NCBI GenBank assembly: GCA_965240325.2
Contig: OZ251233.1
Coordinates: forward strand, 744,001 to 808,000
DNA: 64,000 bases
From: Rebecca billardiae RCC1528
Lineage: Eukaryota; Protista; Haptophyta
Direction: 5' to 3'
A model generated the notes under the pieces. That model ran no database searches, was not told where the DNA came from, and worked only from the letters and a program-made list of their open reading frames with translations. A program made the position numbers and the translations under genes. This document shows positions 10,353-23,500 of this stretch, one piece after another (position 1 is the first letter of the stretch; each line of letters starts with the position of its first letter).

Positions 10353-11438
10353 ATGGTGCTCGGCGGCGGCGCAAAGCCGCGGAACGGGATGGACGAGGTG
10401 AGCAAGACGGGGGCGTACGAGCGGACGGCCTCGGGCTACCACGGCCAGGTTGAGCCGGGAGGCAAGTTCGAGCCCGAGGCTGACCGCTATCACATCTACG
10501 CGGCGTATGCGTGCCCGTGGGCGTGCGGTGTGCTCGCCATGATCAATTTGAAGGGGCTGGGGGACGTGATCTCCGTTTCGATCGCGCACCCCGTCTCCGG
10601 GTACACGCGCCCAAAGGACCCCAAGGACAAGCACATTGGCTGGACCTTCCGCACGCCCGACGAGGCGCCCGTGTCCAACCCGCTCGGCAATGGCGCGTTC
10701 GACGTCGACGCCGCGAGCACACCCGATCAGGTCAATGGCTGCAAGACACTGCGCGACGTATACGTGCTCAATAAGGACACTTTCGGCAAGTACACGACGC
10801 CCATGCTGTGGGACAAGAAGCTCAAGATGATCGTGAACAACGAGTCCGTGGAGATCCTGCGCATGCTCAACTCGCAGTTCAACCACCTCGCCAAGCACCC
10901 GCACGTCGACATGTTCCCGCCGCGGACGGAGGCGCTCGCGGTGAAGCTCAACGCGTGGATCTACGAGAGCATAAACAACGGCGTGTACCGCACGGGCTTC
11001 GCACGCTCGCAGGCTGCGTACCACGAGTCGGTGAGCGCGCTCTTCGACGGGCTCGACAGGTGCGAGGCGATCCTGGCCCGCAGCCGGTTCCTCACGGGCG
11101 ACAGGCTCACGTGGGTGGACATCCGCCTCTTCAACACACTGATAAGATTCGACCCGGTTTACGTGACGCACTTCAAGTGCAACCGCAAGCGCCTCGCCGA
11201 CTACACGCACCTGCCCAACTTCGTCCGCGACGTGTACTCGGTGAAGGGGATCGGGGCCACGTTCAACCTCAAGCACGTGAAGGAGCACTACTACAGCAGC
11301 CACACGTCCATCGCGCCCTTCGCCATCGTGCCCGAGCACGACGGGTTCGACCTGACCTCGCCGCACGTGAGAGATGGCGTGCGCTTCAAGGTGGCTGCGA
11401 TCGCGCGGCGCACGCTCGCGCCCGTAAGCGACGGATGA
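10353..11438 (+). CDS. Glutathionyl-hydroquinone reductase (GST Xi/Omega-like, ECM4/YqjG family)
   Basis: F.PEADRYHIY...ACPWA, GWTF, YTTPMLWDKK..IVNNES.EILRMLN, INNGVYRTGFARSQ, DIRLFNTLIRFDPVYVTHFKCN. Confidence 0.95.
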   Translation: MVLGGGAKPRNGMDEVSKTGAYERTASGYHGQVEPGGKFEPEADRYHIYAAYACPWACGVLAMINLKGLGDVISVSIAHPVSGYTRPKDPKDKHIGWTFRTPDEAPVSNPLGNGAFDVDAASTPDQVNGCKTLRDVYVLNKDTFGKYTTPMLWDKKLKMIVNNESVEILRMLNSQFNHLAKHPHVDMFPPRTEALAVKLNAWIYESINNGVYRTGFARSQAAYHESVSALFDGLDRCEAILARSRFLTGDRLTWVDIRLFNTLIRFDPVYVTHFKCNRKRLADYTHLPNFVRDVYSVKGIGATFNLKHVKEHYYSSHTSIAPFAIVPEHDGFDLTSPHVRDGVRFKVAAIARRTLAPVSDG

Positions 11439-11639
11439 TCGATGAGTCTCAGTGAGATTCGAAGGAATTGGTCGGTCATCATCGTTGCATAAGAATTGAA
11501 GCGGCCAACCGCCGACCTTTTTCGTCATTATTGTTTCATCCTGCTCCGAAAAACGCGCGCGCGGCGCGCCCGCCGAGTTGCACGGGCCACTCGGACGATG
11601 GCGGACTCGCACGCGGATCCGCTGTGAGGTCGCAAAGGG

Positions 11640-11957
11640 ATGGGTCTCTTCCTGCACCTCGTGAGTTGCGCTGAGCCAGCCGGCTCGACGGGCACACACA
11701 TTATCGACGAGACTGCGCTCCTCAAGGCGGGCGCCCCGGCGAGCGACGCCGGGGCGGCAGAGCAGCGCACGGCGCTCAACCATGCGGTGATGCGCTGTGT
11801 CCAGCCATTGCGTGCGCTCCTGGCTGACCCAGCCGCACTACTCGTCCTCACGCTCGTGCTCGTGGTCATTGGCGCAGGCGTCTGGCGTGCCATCGTGAGT
11901 GCTCACCCCGCTGGCTCAGCCGGCCGCATTGCTGCGGCCGCGCGAGCAGGATGGTGA
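11640..11957 (+). CDS. Small putative single-pass membrane protein, unknown function
   Basis: 105-aa ATG ORF with a strong hydrophobic helix (ALLVLTLVLVVIGAGVW). No recognised family. Confidence 0.35.
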   Translation: MGLFLHLVSCAEPAGSTGTHIIDETALLKAGAPASDAGAAEQRTALNHAVMRCVQPLRALLADPAALLVLTLVLVVIGAGVWRAIVSAHPAGSAGRIAAAARAGW

Positions 11958-12719
11958 GCTTGGGCAGCAGTGTGTGTGCACCTCTGCGCACGCATGGACG
12001 CACACGCATGGACGCCGTCGCACCAGCCGAGCACACCGGTCGGCTGGGCGCGTGTCGCCCAGAATGGGCTCATGCGGAGCGACTGTGAACTGCCTGCCGA
12101 GGCGGTGCGCACGCTGCGCCCCGCCACAGCGGCGTGCGGGAGCCTAGACTTCATCCATCCTCAACCCATCCTGCGTGGTGACGCCGTGACTGCCTTGAAC
12201 CGACCTCCATCCCTGAACGCTTGCGCTTTGCGCAATTTGCGCAATCATACTACGCCTACTCCTCGAGCCTGCCCACCCGTGGTTGGCTGAGCCGCCGGAG
12301 TGCCACTGCTGCGGGCCCGCGCCCCCGCAGCGGCGGCGGGCCTCACTCCTCAGCCCCGTCACTTAGTCTTATCACTGCTCACTCAGGCACTAGCCACTAG
12401 CTAGCTACTGCCTACTCGCTCGCCTCATGGATCACAGATGACACAGGCTCAGATGACGATTATTATGACTGCTGAAGGCAATATATATATATACTAATAT
12501 AGTATATATATATTAATCGAAGCTACGACCGCTCTTATTATTATATTATTCTGATTCATGACCGCAATAGCCCGCGTCGTAATTCCCGACGAACGAATAG
12601 GATTACCGATTACGGGTCCGGATCGCCTCGGAGTGCCGGCGGTGATGATGTGACTCGGATCCGAGCCGCTCAGATGCCAGTGATGATATGATACGCTGAG
12701 TACATATCATCGTCGCGCG

Positions 12720-13226
12720 TCATTCTGCAGCCTCTCCAGCAGGGTCATCGTCTGCTGCTAATACTATGACCGTTGATGCTGCTTCCGAAGCTCCTGACAA
12801 TGAAGCCGCGCCGCCTGGGGGTGCGGCCCGCGTCAGGCTGCGGGAGTCGGCGGTTCCGCCGCAGGCAGCACTTGTCGCCCCACAAGTATGTGTGATCTGA
12901 GCTGCTGGCTCCGGTCGTTTGCTTTGCGAGCTATCTGCACCCCATTCGCGAGCGACCAGCCTGCGCGCTGGGTTCGGGCCGACAGCGCCGTCCAGCGCGC
13001 TGACGGCCGCTCGCGCGGCATCCGCAGTGGCAAAGTCGACCCTGGCGTGGCCCTTTGACCAGCCGTTGCGCTTGCGCGCGACGGACGTGCACACAGGGCT
13101 CACGCCCGCCTCGTCCCTCAGCCACGCGGCGAGCCCCTCGTCGTCGAGTCCGAACGGGAGCCCTCCAACGTAGAGGGAAGCGAGCGGCCCATCATCATCG
13201 CCGCCATCGATGGAGATCGCCGCCAT
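12720..13226 (-). CDS. RRM RNA-binding protein
   Basis: SLYVGGLP (RNP2) and SKGHARVDF (RNP1), then ATADAARAAVSALDG. ATG at 13226. Confidence 0.8.
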   Translation of the reverse strand: MAAISIDGGDDDGPLASLYVGGLPFGLDDEGLAAWLRDEAGVSPVCTSVARKRNGWSKGHARVDFATADAARAAVSALDGAVGPNPARRLVAREWGADSSQSKRPEPAAQITHTCGATSAACGGTADSRSLTRAAPPGGAASLSGASEAASTVIVLAADDDPAGEAAE

Positions 13227-13385
13227 GGATCGAGATCGCCGCGTGGTGAGTCCGGTGCCACCGTGAAATGGCCGCTGCGGGCTCGGCAGCACGAGCGGTG
13301 CGCACCGCTGCGCCAGCGAGGCCGCAGCCACTGGCACTCGGTCGGCGGCGAGGTCGCGCCGCACGCGCGGCCGTCGTCGTCGGCG

Positions 13386-16300
13386 ATGCTGCTCACAGGG
13401 AGCTTCGAGGCACATGCCGCGAAGCTGGTGGACACCAGCCTGAGTACGTGCACGAGCCGCTCCGCCCGCCCGCGGCCCCTGCACACGAGCTCGTCGCGGC
13501 CGCCGCATGCGATTGTGTTTGGCAGGGCGGCGCAGGGCAGGCGCCCTCGCCGCGCACGCGGGGGGGGCGGGCGCCGTGACCGGTCGTGCGCAGTGGCCGC
13601 GGCATGCGCGTGGTTACACGAAGCCGCGCGCCACCTCCGGCGCGCTGACGCGCCCCCGATCCCCCCTCCGCCGTGCCTCCGCGCCGCCGTCGCGTCCGCC
13701 GCCGCTCCTGCCTGCCTCCGCCGCCGCCGCTCCGTCTGCGCGCGCGTCACGCGCGCAGCCAACGAGCAGCGGCTGCAGGTGGTGACCGAGATCCGCGACT
13801 CGATCGAGATCGTGCACACCTCCGAGTACGGCAACTTCCTGAAGAACTTCTTCTCGGGCTTCTGCGCGCTGCTGAAGCAGGGCACGCCGCAGTTTGTGGA
13901 CGGCACCGAGCAGAAGATTCGGAACGCGCTGCTCGAGATCCTGAACCGGCTGCCGAACAACGAGACGCTGCGGCCGCACGTGGCGGACATGCTCGCGCTG
14001 TGCATGCAGCTGCTGCGCGACGACAACGAGGAGAACGCCGTGCTCTGCCTGCGCATCATCTTTGACCTGCACAAGAACTTCAGGCCCACGCTCGAGGCGG
14101 AGGTGGAGCCGTTCCTGCAGTTCGTGATGACGATGTACCGCCAGCTGCCGCACGTGATCTCGAAGGTGTTCCCCGAGCCGCTGCAGGGCGGCGCGGCCGC
14201 CGCCGCCGGCGCGCCCTCCGTCGAGCAGGCGAGCGCGCGGCTGCACAAGGCGACCGCGCAGCTGACCAAGCTGCAGCAGCAGGGGGAGCGTGCCGCGCAG
14301 CAGGCGGCCGAGCTGCAGGCGAAGCTGCCGCTGCTGCAGCAGGCGGTGCAGCGCGCGGCGGCGACGCTGGGCGAGGCGAAGCAGCACGCGCAGTCCACGA
14401 CCCAGACCGCCAGCGCGGCGCAGGCCGCCGCCGCCGCCGCGGGCGCCGCGGGCTCGGCGCAGCAGGCGGCGGCGCAGGCGGCGGCCGCTGCCGCGCAGCA
14501 GGCGGCCCAGGACCAGCAGACGGCGAGCGCGGCGCACCAGAGCGCGCAGCAGGCGCTGCTGAAGCACGCGCAGATGGTGCAGACGGTGCACGCGCACGGC
14601 AAGCAGGTGAAGGAGCTCCTCGCGCAGGCCGAGGCCGAGCAGACCGCCGCGCAGCAGGCGCTGACGCAGGCGCAGGCGCTCGCGCAGCAGGGCGCGCGCG
14701 CCGGCGGCGGCACCGCGGCGGCGGGCGCGGCGGCGGCGGCAGCGGGTGGGCCGTCTGACCCGGCGCCGGCCGGCTCGCCCGCCGCCGCCACGTCCACCGC
14801 CGCGGCCGGCGCGCCCGCGGCCGGCGCGGCGGCCGCGCCCTCGGCCGCGCCGGCGGCGGCGAGCGCGGCGACGGCGGCCGGCGGCGCGCCTGCTGCGGCC
14901 GCGGGCGCGCAGCCGGCGGGCGCGCCGGCCGCGGCGGGCGCGGGCGGCTCGGGCGCGGGCGGCGCCGGCGCCGCCTCTACCGGCGCGCCCGCGTCCGCCG
15001 CCCAAGCCGCGGCGGGCGGCGGCGGCGGCGGCGCGCCGCCGAGCGCGCCGCCGGCGGGCGGCGCGCGGCTGACGCGCTCAACGGAGAGCTTCAAGGTGCT
15101 GACGGAGTGCCCGCTGATCGTGATGCTGCTCTTCCAGCTGTACCCGCGCTTCATCGAGAAGACCATCCCCGACCTGATCCCGCTGATGGTCAACACGCTG
15201 CGGCTGCAGGCGGCCACGCCCGGCCCGGACGCGCGCGCGCTGTATGCCGACCTGATGGCCGCGCAGGTGAAGACGCTTTCATTCCTTACCTACCTGCTGC
15301 GCGCGTTCGCGGACTTCATGCGCTCGTACCAGGAGGCGATCCCGCTGTGCGTCATCCAGCTCCTCCACAACGCGCCCCCGGACTCGACCACCATCCGGAA
15401 GGACATCCTCGTCGCGACGCGGCACATCCTCGCCACCGACTTTCGAAAAGGGTTCTTTGTGAAGGTGGATACTCTGCTCGATGAGGACCTCCTGATCGGC
15501 GCGGGCGGCGGCGGGGGCGGGCGGCACGCGAGCCGCTCGAGCCACGAGGCGCTCCGCCCGCTCGCGTGCTCCACGCTCGCCGACCTCGTGCACCACGTCC
15601 GCGCCGAGCTCACGATGGCGCAGCTCTCGCGCGTCGTGCACATCTTTGCGCGGCACATCCACGACCCGACGCTGCCGCTCTCCATCCACACGACGAGCGT
15701 GCGGCTGCTGCTCAACCTGGTGGAGAACATCTTCCACAAGCAGGAGAGCGAGGCGCGCGCGCTGCTCGTGCGCATCCTCGACACGCTCGTCAACAAGTTC
15801 GCCACGCTGCGCCGGCACATCACGCGCGTGCTCGAGGAGGTGGCGGCCGACCAGCAGCCGGGCGGCGGCGGCGGCGGCGCCGCCGCCGCCGCCGCCCTCG
15901 AGGACGGCGGCGGCGGCGCGGGCGGCAAGACGGGCGGCGGCGGGCCGGACGCGGCGCGCGGCGCGACGGGCTCGGGCGGCGGCGGCGCCGCCGCCGCCGC
16001 CGCCGCCTCCGCCGCGGGCGCCGCCGCGGGCGCCGCCGCCGGCGGCGGCGCGAGCGGCAGCGCGGCGGCCGCGACCGCGTCCGCTGCGGCGGACGGCGCG
16101 GGCGCGCGCGCGACGCCTGAGACGATCCGCGAGTGCAAGCAGCTGCTCAAGACGATGGTGCTCGGCGTGAAGACGGTGGTGTGGTCCGTGTCGAACTCGC
16201 GCCCGCCCACCGCCGCGCCGCCGTCCGCGGCCACCACGCTCGTGCCCGGCGTGCCGCTGCTCGGCGGCGCGGGCGGCGCGGCGGGCGCGCCCGCGGCCGC

Positions 16301-17892
16301 CGCGCCGGCCAGGCCCGCGGCCGCGCCCGTCGCGGCGCCGCAGCAGAAGGGGATGACCGAGGGCGAGTGCAAGCTGGTGTCGCGGCTGCTGCGGCACGGG
16401 CTGCGCTGCTTCGCGCTGTACGGCCCGCTGCCGCCGCCGCCCGCGAGCGCCGCCGCCGCCTCCGCCTCGGCGGCGGGCGGCGGTGCGGTCGTGGCGGCGG
16501 GCTCGGCCGCCGCCGCCGCGGCGGCGGCGGCGGCGCCGCCGCCGCCGGCTCAGCCGGCGTCGGCGAGCTCGCAGGAGGAGAAGGAGGTGCTCGACTACTT
16601 CGCGGGCGTGTTCACGGTGCTCGACCCGAAGAACTTCACCTCGATCTTCCAGAAGGAGATGCCCTTCCTCCTCGAGCACCTGCTCGCCAACGGCGCCATG
16701 TCGACCGTGTTGCAGCACTTCCTCGCCAACTCGAACGTCTCGAGAACATTCGCGGACATCCTGCTCGGCTTCCTCACGGCGCGGCTCTCGGGGCTGGCGG
16801 AGCCGAGCTCGCGCGAGGCGCCGATCCTGCTGCGCCTCTTCAAGCTCGTCTTCGGCTCGATCACGCTCTTCCCCGAGAACGAGCCCGTGCTGCGGCCGCA
16901 CCTCGCGGCGATCGTGAACGGAGCTCTGCGGCAGGCGGCGCAGTGCGCCAACCCGTCGCACCTGCTCTACCTGCTGCGCGCGCTGTTCAAGAGCATCGGC
17001 GGCGGCAAGTTCGAGTCGCTGTACAAGGAGTTCATGCCGCTGCTCCCGCCGCTGCTCGCGCACCTGATGCGGTACATCCACTGCGTGCACACGTCGGGGC
17101 TTCGCGAGCTGCTGGTCGAGCTGTGCCTCACGCTGCCCGCGCGCCTCTCGACGCTGCTGCCGTACCTGCACCTGCTGATGCGGCCGGTGCTGCTCGCGCT
17201 GTCGGGGCCGGCGGAGCTGGTGACGCTCGCGCTGCGCACGCTCGAGTTCTGGATCGACCACCTCCACCCCGACTTCATCCAGCCGCTGATGGCGCCCAAG
17301 ATGCGCGAGCTGCTGCTGATGCTGTGCAAGCAGCTGCAGCCGGCGCCGCACCAGTTCGGGCCGATCGCTATCCGGATCCTGGGCAAGCTGGGCGGGCGCA
17401 ACCGGCGCTTCCTGCGCGAGCCCGTCGCGATCGAGTGGCGGCCGAGCGCCGTGCCCGTCGTGCTCGTCAACATGCGCCTCGGCGACCCGCCCGCCGCCGT
17501 CGGCGGCCCGCTCGACGTGGGCGCGGCCGCGCTCGGCGACGGGTATGGCGCGGTCACCGCGACGGCCGGCGTCGCCATCGAGCCCGGCGCGGGCGCGGCG
17601 CCCTCGCTCACGCTGTCGCTCGACGCGCCGATCAAGTTCGCGACGCAGGTGCTGCGCGCCGCCGCGGCAGCCGCGCCGCCGCCGCCGGGCGTCGCGCCGG
17701 GCAGCACCTCCTCCGCCGCGGCGCTCGGCCTCGCGCCACCAGCCGAGCTCGGCGCAGCGGACGAGCGAGCGACGCCGGGCGCGCCCGGCGCCGCCGCCGC
17801 CGCGGGCGCGGCGGGGGCGGCGGCTCGGCCGGGCGCGAGCGGGGCGGCGGGCGGCGCGGCGGGCGCCGTCGGCGCCACCGCGCCCGCCGCGC

Positions 17893-17923
<31 letters not shown>

Positions 17924-20900
17924 GGGCTCGGGCGGCGCCCCGTCCGCCCGGGAGACCAAGCTGGCCGCCGCTCTCGCCCTGGTCGAGCATAGCCTGCTGC
18001 TGATGCTCACTGGGCGCGCGCACAGCCCGGCGGAGGGCGGCGAGGAGGGCGGCGGGGCGATGGAGGTGGACGCGGGCGGCGGCGCGAAGGTCTCCCTCTG
18101 CGTCTTCCCCGCGAGCGAGGAGGCCGCCGCCGAGTCGGAGCAGCGCGGCAAGGTGCCCGCGCCGCCACTTCGGATGGCGTCGGCCGACGCGGCGCGCGCC
18201 GAGGTGACGCCGTGCGCGTTCTCGCCGACGCCGGACCAGCTGGAGGGGCAGGAGGCGAGCGCGGCGGCGCTGCTCGAGGGGCTGATCGACGGCGCGGCGG
18301 AGCCCACGCTCAAGCCGCACGCCGCGCCGCTCGCCGCCGCCATCTTCCGCCACCTCGCGCTGCTCTGGCTGAGTGGCGCCGACCTGTCGATCGAGCGGCG
18401 AGCGGAGCACCGGATGGCGCGACTGCGGCCTGCGGTCTTCATGGTGGCGCTGTGCAACGGGCTGGGCGCGGAGCAGCCGGCGCGCGCGCGCGCGGCGGCG
18501 GACGTGCTGCGCGCCGTGCTCGACATGCTGCCGCACACCTCGCCCGCCGGCGAGCTCGGCGCGGACGGGCGCGTCGCGGCGGGCGGCGGCGGCGGCGAGC
18601 CGTCGCCGGGCGGCGCCGCGCGCGCCGTCGCGAAAGGCACGCGCGCGGCCGCGCTGCTCGACGGGCTGACGGACTACTGCGCGCACCGCTGCATGGCGCA
18701 CGGCTGGGCGGACCGGCACGGCGGCTGCCGCGCGCTCGCCGTCCTCGCCTCCTCCGCCGCCGTGCCGCAGTGGTGGCTGCGCGCGCGCCAGATCCAAATC
18801 GTGGATGCGCTCCTGCACGTTTCCGCGGACGCGCCGCATGAGGTGGGGGTGGCGTCGCTCGAGCACGTGGCGACGGCGCTCGACGCGCTGATCGACCGGT
18901 GCTACCCGCCGCCGCCGAGGCCGGCGGGCGCGGCGCCGTCCTCCACGCGCGCGCGCGCCGCGTCCGACGGCCCCGCGCCGATGGAAGTTGACGGTGGCGG
19001 CGGCGGCGGCGCGGCGGCGGGCTCGGGCGGCGGTGCGGCGGCGGGCGGCGCGGCGGCGGCGGGCGGCGGCGGCGGCGCGCCCGCCGCGGCGCGCGTGCCG
19101 CTGCCGGACGAGACGGTGGAGCTGATCGCGCGGATCGCGCGCGAGCTCAGCGCGTCCAACGGCCCGCTGCGCTCGACGGCGCAGCGCCTGCTGGTCCGGC
19201 TGGAGGTCCGGCTGCAGCTGCCGGTGGCGTACTTACTGCTGCCGTCGCGGCCTGTGCTGCTGGCAGCGTGCCTGGAGCGGCCGCTGCGGCACATGCGCAC
19301 GGAGCACCTGATCGGCGTGATCGACTGCCTCAAGTTCTGCCTGCAGCACGAGCAGCGCACGGCGGCGGCGGCGGCGGCGGCGGCCAAGCGCGCCGCGGCC
19401 GAGGCGGCGGCGGTCGCCGCCGCGGCCAGCGCCGCGACCGCGGCGCAGGCGGCCGCGTGCGCGCCGGCGGCGGCGGCGGCGGCGCCGACGGGCGGTGCCG
19501 GCGCGCCCGCGGCCGCGGCCGGCACCGCCGGCACCGCGGCCGCCGCGGCGGCGCCGACGGGCGCGGGCGCAGCCGCGGCCGCGGCCGCCTCCGGTGCGGG
19601 TGCGGCCGCGCCGCCGAGCAAGCCCGCCGCCGCGCCGCCGCCGGCCGCGTCGGCGGCGTCGGCGGCGCCCGGCGCGAGGCGGCCCGCGGCGCCGCCGCCG
19701 CCGCTGCCGGCGGGCGTGCCGCCGCCCCAGCTCGTGCCCGTGACCGAGCCCTTCCTCCAGCTGCTGCGCGACGCGCTCGACGCTGCGGACGAAGTCGCGT
19801 CGACGGACGAGGTTCCGCGCGACCGGTTCATGCGCGTGTACGCGTCGCAGCCGCGCTCCACGCTGCTCGTGCTGCAGCTGCGCGTGCTGTGCATCGAGCT
19901 GCTGTGCGCGGCGGTCGGGTGCGACGCGCTCAAGCAGCCCGAGCACGACCGGCTGCGCAACCGCATCATCGGCGCCTTCTTCAAGGCGCTGACGGCCAAG
20001 TCGGAGGAGGTGGTGGCGGTGGCCAAGGAAGGTCTGGGACAGGTGATCCGGCAGCAGAAGCTGCAGAAGGAGCTGCTGCAGACGTCGCTGCGCCCGATCC
20101 TGCTAAACCTGGCGGACTACCGCAAGCTCACCGTGCCGCTGCTGCAGTGCCTCGCGCGGCTGCTGCAGCTCCTCTCCAACTTCTTCAACGTGACGCTCGG
20201 GCAGAAGCTCCTCGAGCACCTGCGCAAGTGGACGGACCCCGAGTCGCTCGCAAAGGTGCGGCAGGCGGGCCGGCCGGGCGAGGAGGTGGCGATCGCCGCC
20301 GCGATCATCGACCTGTTCCACCTGCTGCCGCCCGCGCCGAACAAGTTCATCGAGCCGCTCGTGCGCGTCACGCTCGACCTCGAGGCGCAGCTGCCCGGCA
20401 CCGGCTCGGACGGCCGGCTGTGGTCGCCGTACCGCGAGGCGCTCCTCCCGTACGCAAACCGGCACGCGCCCGACACCGTCTCCTTCTTCCTCGCGCGGCT
20501 CGCGGTCGCGCCGGTCTCGCGCATCTTCGTGTCGCTGGTCTCGCACGCGGACGGCGGCCCGCTGCGCGCCGAGCTCGCCGGCTCGGCGGACGCGCTGCTG
20601 CGGCACACGCTGCGGCTGAGCGCGGACGACAGCGCGCGGCTCTCGACCGAGCAGCTGCGCGACGTGCGCTTCGCCGGGCTGCAGCTCGTGCGCGCGCTGT
20701 GCTCGCACGACGCCGAGTGGCTCCCGGCGCACCCCAAGGTGCTGTACGCGCTGTTCGAGCTGTGGCGCTCGGCCGAGCGCACCGAGCGGCTGCGCACCGA
20801 GTCGGCGCAGTCGCTCGAGCACGCCAAGGAGTCGAAGCTGATCGTAAAGTGCTTCCTTGCCTACTGCCGCGCGACCTCTGCCGACGCGGCGCCCGCGCAC

Positions 20901-23465
20901 AAGCCGAGCTCCGCGGCGGCGCTCTCGTCCGCCGCCGAGGCGGGCGCGGCTGCGGGCGGCGTGGCGGCGGGCGCGCCCGCCGCGCCCGCCGCGCCGCCCG
21001 CCGCCGCCGCGCCGCCCGCCGCCGCCGCGCCCGCCGCGCCGCCCGCCGCGCCGCCGTCGGCGGACGCGCCGATGCCCGACGCCGCGTCGGCACTCAGCCC
21101 GGCTGCCGCCGCCTCGCCCGCGGCGGCGGCGGCGGACGCGGCGGCCGCGCACGCGCGCGCGCTGCGCGCCCGCCCGAGCGCCTCCACGCACGTGCAGCTC
21201 CTCTTCGCCATGCTGCCCATCTTCCTCGAGCGCACCCTCGTCGACTTCTCCTTCCTCAAGAGCTACTACAGGCGCGAGGTCGCCGAGGCCTACTCGGCCA
21301 CCGCCAAGGCCGACGTGCTCGTGTACTTTTTGCAGGCGGCGTGCGGGCCGCGGCCGTCGCTCTCGGCGGACGAGTCGGTGCTCGCGCTGCAGCTGCTCAT
21401 CCTGCCGATGCTGCGCGCGGCGGTGCGGCAGGGCCACGCCGAGGCGGTGCTCAGCCCGGACGTGCTGTGGTACGTGGTCTCGCACCTGCTCGACGCAAAC
21501 ACGCTCTACTCCGAGGCGATGAAGATTGAGCTGCTCCGGCTCTCGACGCTGCTGATCGAGGCGGTGCCCTCGCGGCTGGTCGAGCACCGCAAGGACCTGA
21601 TCAAGTTCGCGTGGAACCACCTCAAGTCCGACGAGTCCGTCTCGAAGCAGTGCGCGTACGTGAACGTGTGCCACTTCATCCACCAGTACGAGACGCCGTC
21701 CAAGATCATCCTGCAGGTGTACGTGGCGCTGATCCGCACGTTCCAGCCCGAGTCGCGCGCGCTGGTGCGGCAGGCGCTGGACATCCTCACGCCCGCGCTG
21801 CCGCAGCGCCTGCCCGCGGGCGACCACCGCTACCCCACGTGGATCAAGTGGACGAAGAAGATCGTCGTGGAGGAGGGCCACTCGCTGCCGCAGCTCGTGC
21901 ACATCTGGCAGCACGTCACCCGCCACCCGGGCCAGTTCTACTCGTCACGCGCGCAGTTCGTGCCGCAGATGGTGAACTCGCTCAACCGGATCGGGCTGGC
22001 GAACAACACGCCGCTCGACAACCGCCGGCTCGCGGTGGAGCTCACCGCGCTCATCGTCGCGTGGGAGGAGCAAAGGCTCGCGTCGGTGGCGGCGCGCGCG
22101 CGCGGCGGCGGCGGCGGCGCGCCCGCCTCGGCCGAGCCCGCGGCCAAGCGCCAGCGCGTCGACGGCGGCGCGGCGGCGGCGCCGGGCGCGGCCGCGCCCG
22201 CCGGCGCGGCGGCCGCCGCGGCCGCGGGCGGCGCCGCGGCGGACGACGACTTCCGCCCGTCCACCGCCATCGTCGAGATCGTCGTCAACTTCCTGGTGCG
22301 CGTCGCGCTCGTCTCGGGCGCGGGCGCGGACGCGCAGTCGCAGAGCGCCTCCGCCTCGGCCGCGTCGCAGGCGCAGGCGGCCGCGGCGGCGAAGGGCTCG
22401 CAGGCGCTCTCCGCGCAGGCCATCGAGCTGCTCGGCCAGACGCTGCGCATCTGGCCCGGCGCAAACATCAAGTTCGCCTACTTTGAGAAGCAGGTGCAGG
22501 TGTGTGTGCGTGCGTGTGTGTGTGCGCGGTGTGCGTGTGTGCGCGCTCGTGGGTGTGCGTGCGGGCCGACGGGGGCGACGCCGCGGCGCCGCGCCCCGCC
22601 TCACCTCGCCACGCGCCGCCCGCCGCGCGCGCGCGCGACCTGCGCGCAGGCGTCCTCGCCCGAGTCGCACCAGGCGCTGCTCGCCACGCTGCGCGTGCTG
22701 CAGACCGTGTGCGGCGCGCACGCCACGTTCGCGCGGCGCAACCTCGCGCCGCTGCACGCGCTGGTCGGCCCGCTGTTCAGCGCGCACGCGGCCAACACGC
22801 GGATCGTGCAGGCGATCTGCTCGCTGCTCGGCCAGCTGATGGCGATGCTCAACGCCGAGGGCGCGCCGCAGCCGGAGGCGGGCGGCGGCGGCGCGCCGAG
22901 CTCCGGCGCGCCGGGCGGCGCCGACGGCGCGGCGCCGCCGCCGGGCGGCGGCGGCGCCGACTCCGCCGCGGCGCAGGCGGGGATCTCGCAGGACTACGGC
23001 TCGCACGCGCGCTTCGTCTCGACGCTGATCCAGCAGTCCTTCGGCGCGCACGACCGCGACGGCCTGCTCTTCCCCGTGGTGCACCTTCTGGACGAGGCGG
23101 CGCCGCACTGCCCCGAGCTGCTCGACGCCCACATCGTCGCACTGATCAAGCTGCTGCACCGGCTGGCGAAGGAGCACTCGTCGCGCCGCGCGGACGGCGC
23201 GGGCGGCGCGGGCGGCTCCGACGGCCCCGACTCGGCCACGTCGATGCTCAAGACGGCGCTGCGCCTCGTGCAGCACACGCCGAGACTGCTGGACGTCGCG
23301 GAGGCGCGCAAGCCGTGCTTCCAAGCTCTCGTGCTGCTCATCGACCGCTCGCACGACGTCGAGCTGCTCTCGGGCGTGATCGCGCTGCTGCGCGTGTGGA
23401 TCCTCAACCCGCCGCCGCCGCTGCCGCCCGCGGGCGCGGCGGGCTCGGGCGGCGGCGCGGCGGCG

Positions 23466-23500
<35 letters not shown>

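Noticed and set aside
766-11438. Glutathione-related gene cluster (GST_N protein + GHR), and centriolar cluster (Sfi1-like, POC5, LC8)
   Set aside because: The genes are separated by unrelated loci, so co-occurrence is compatible with chance in a gene-dense genome.
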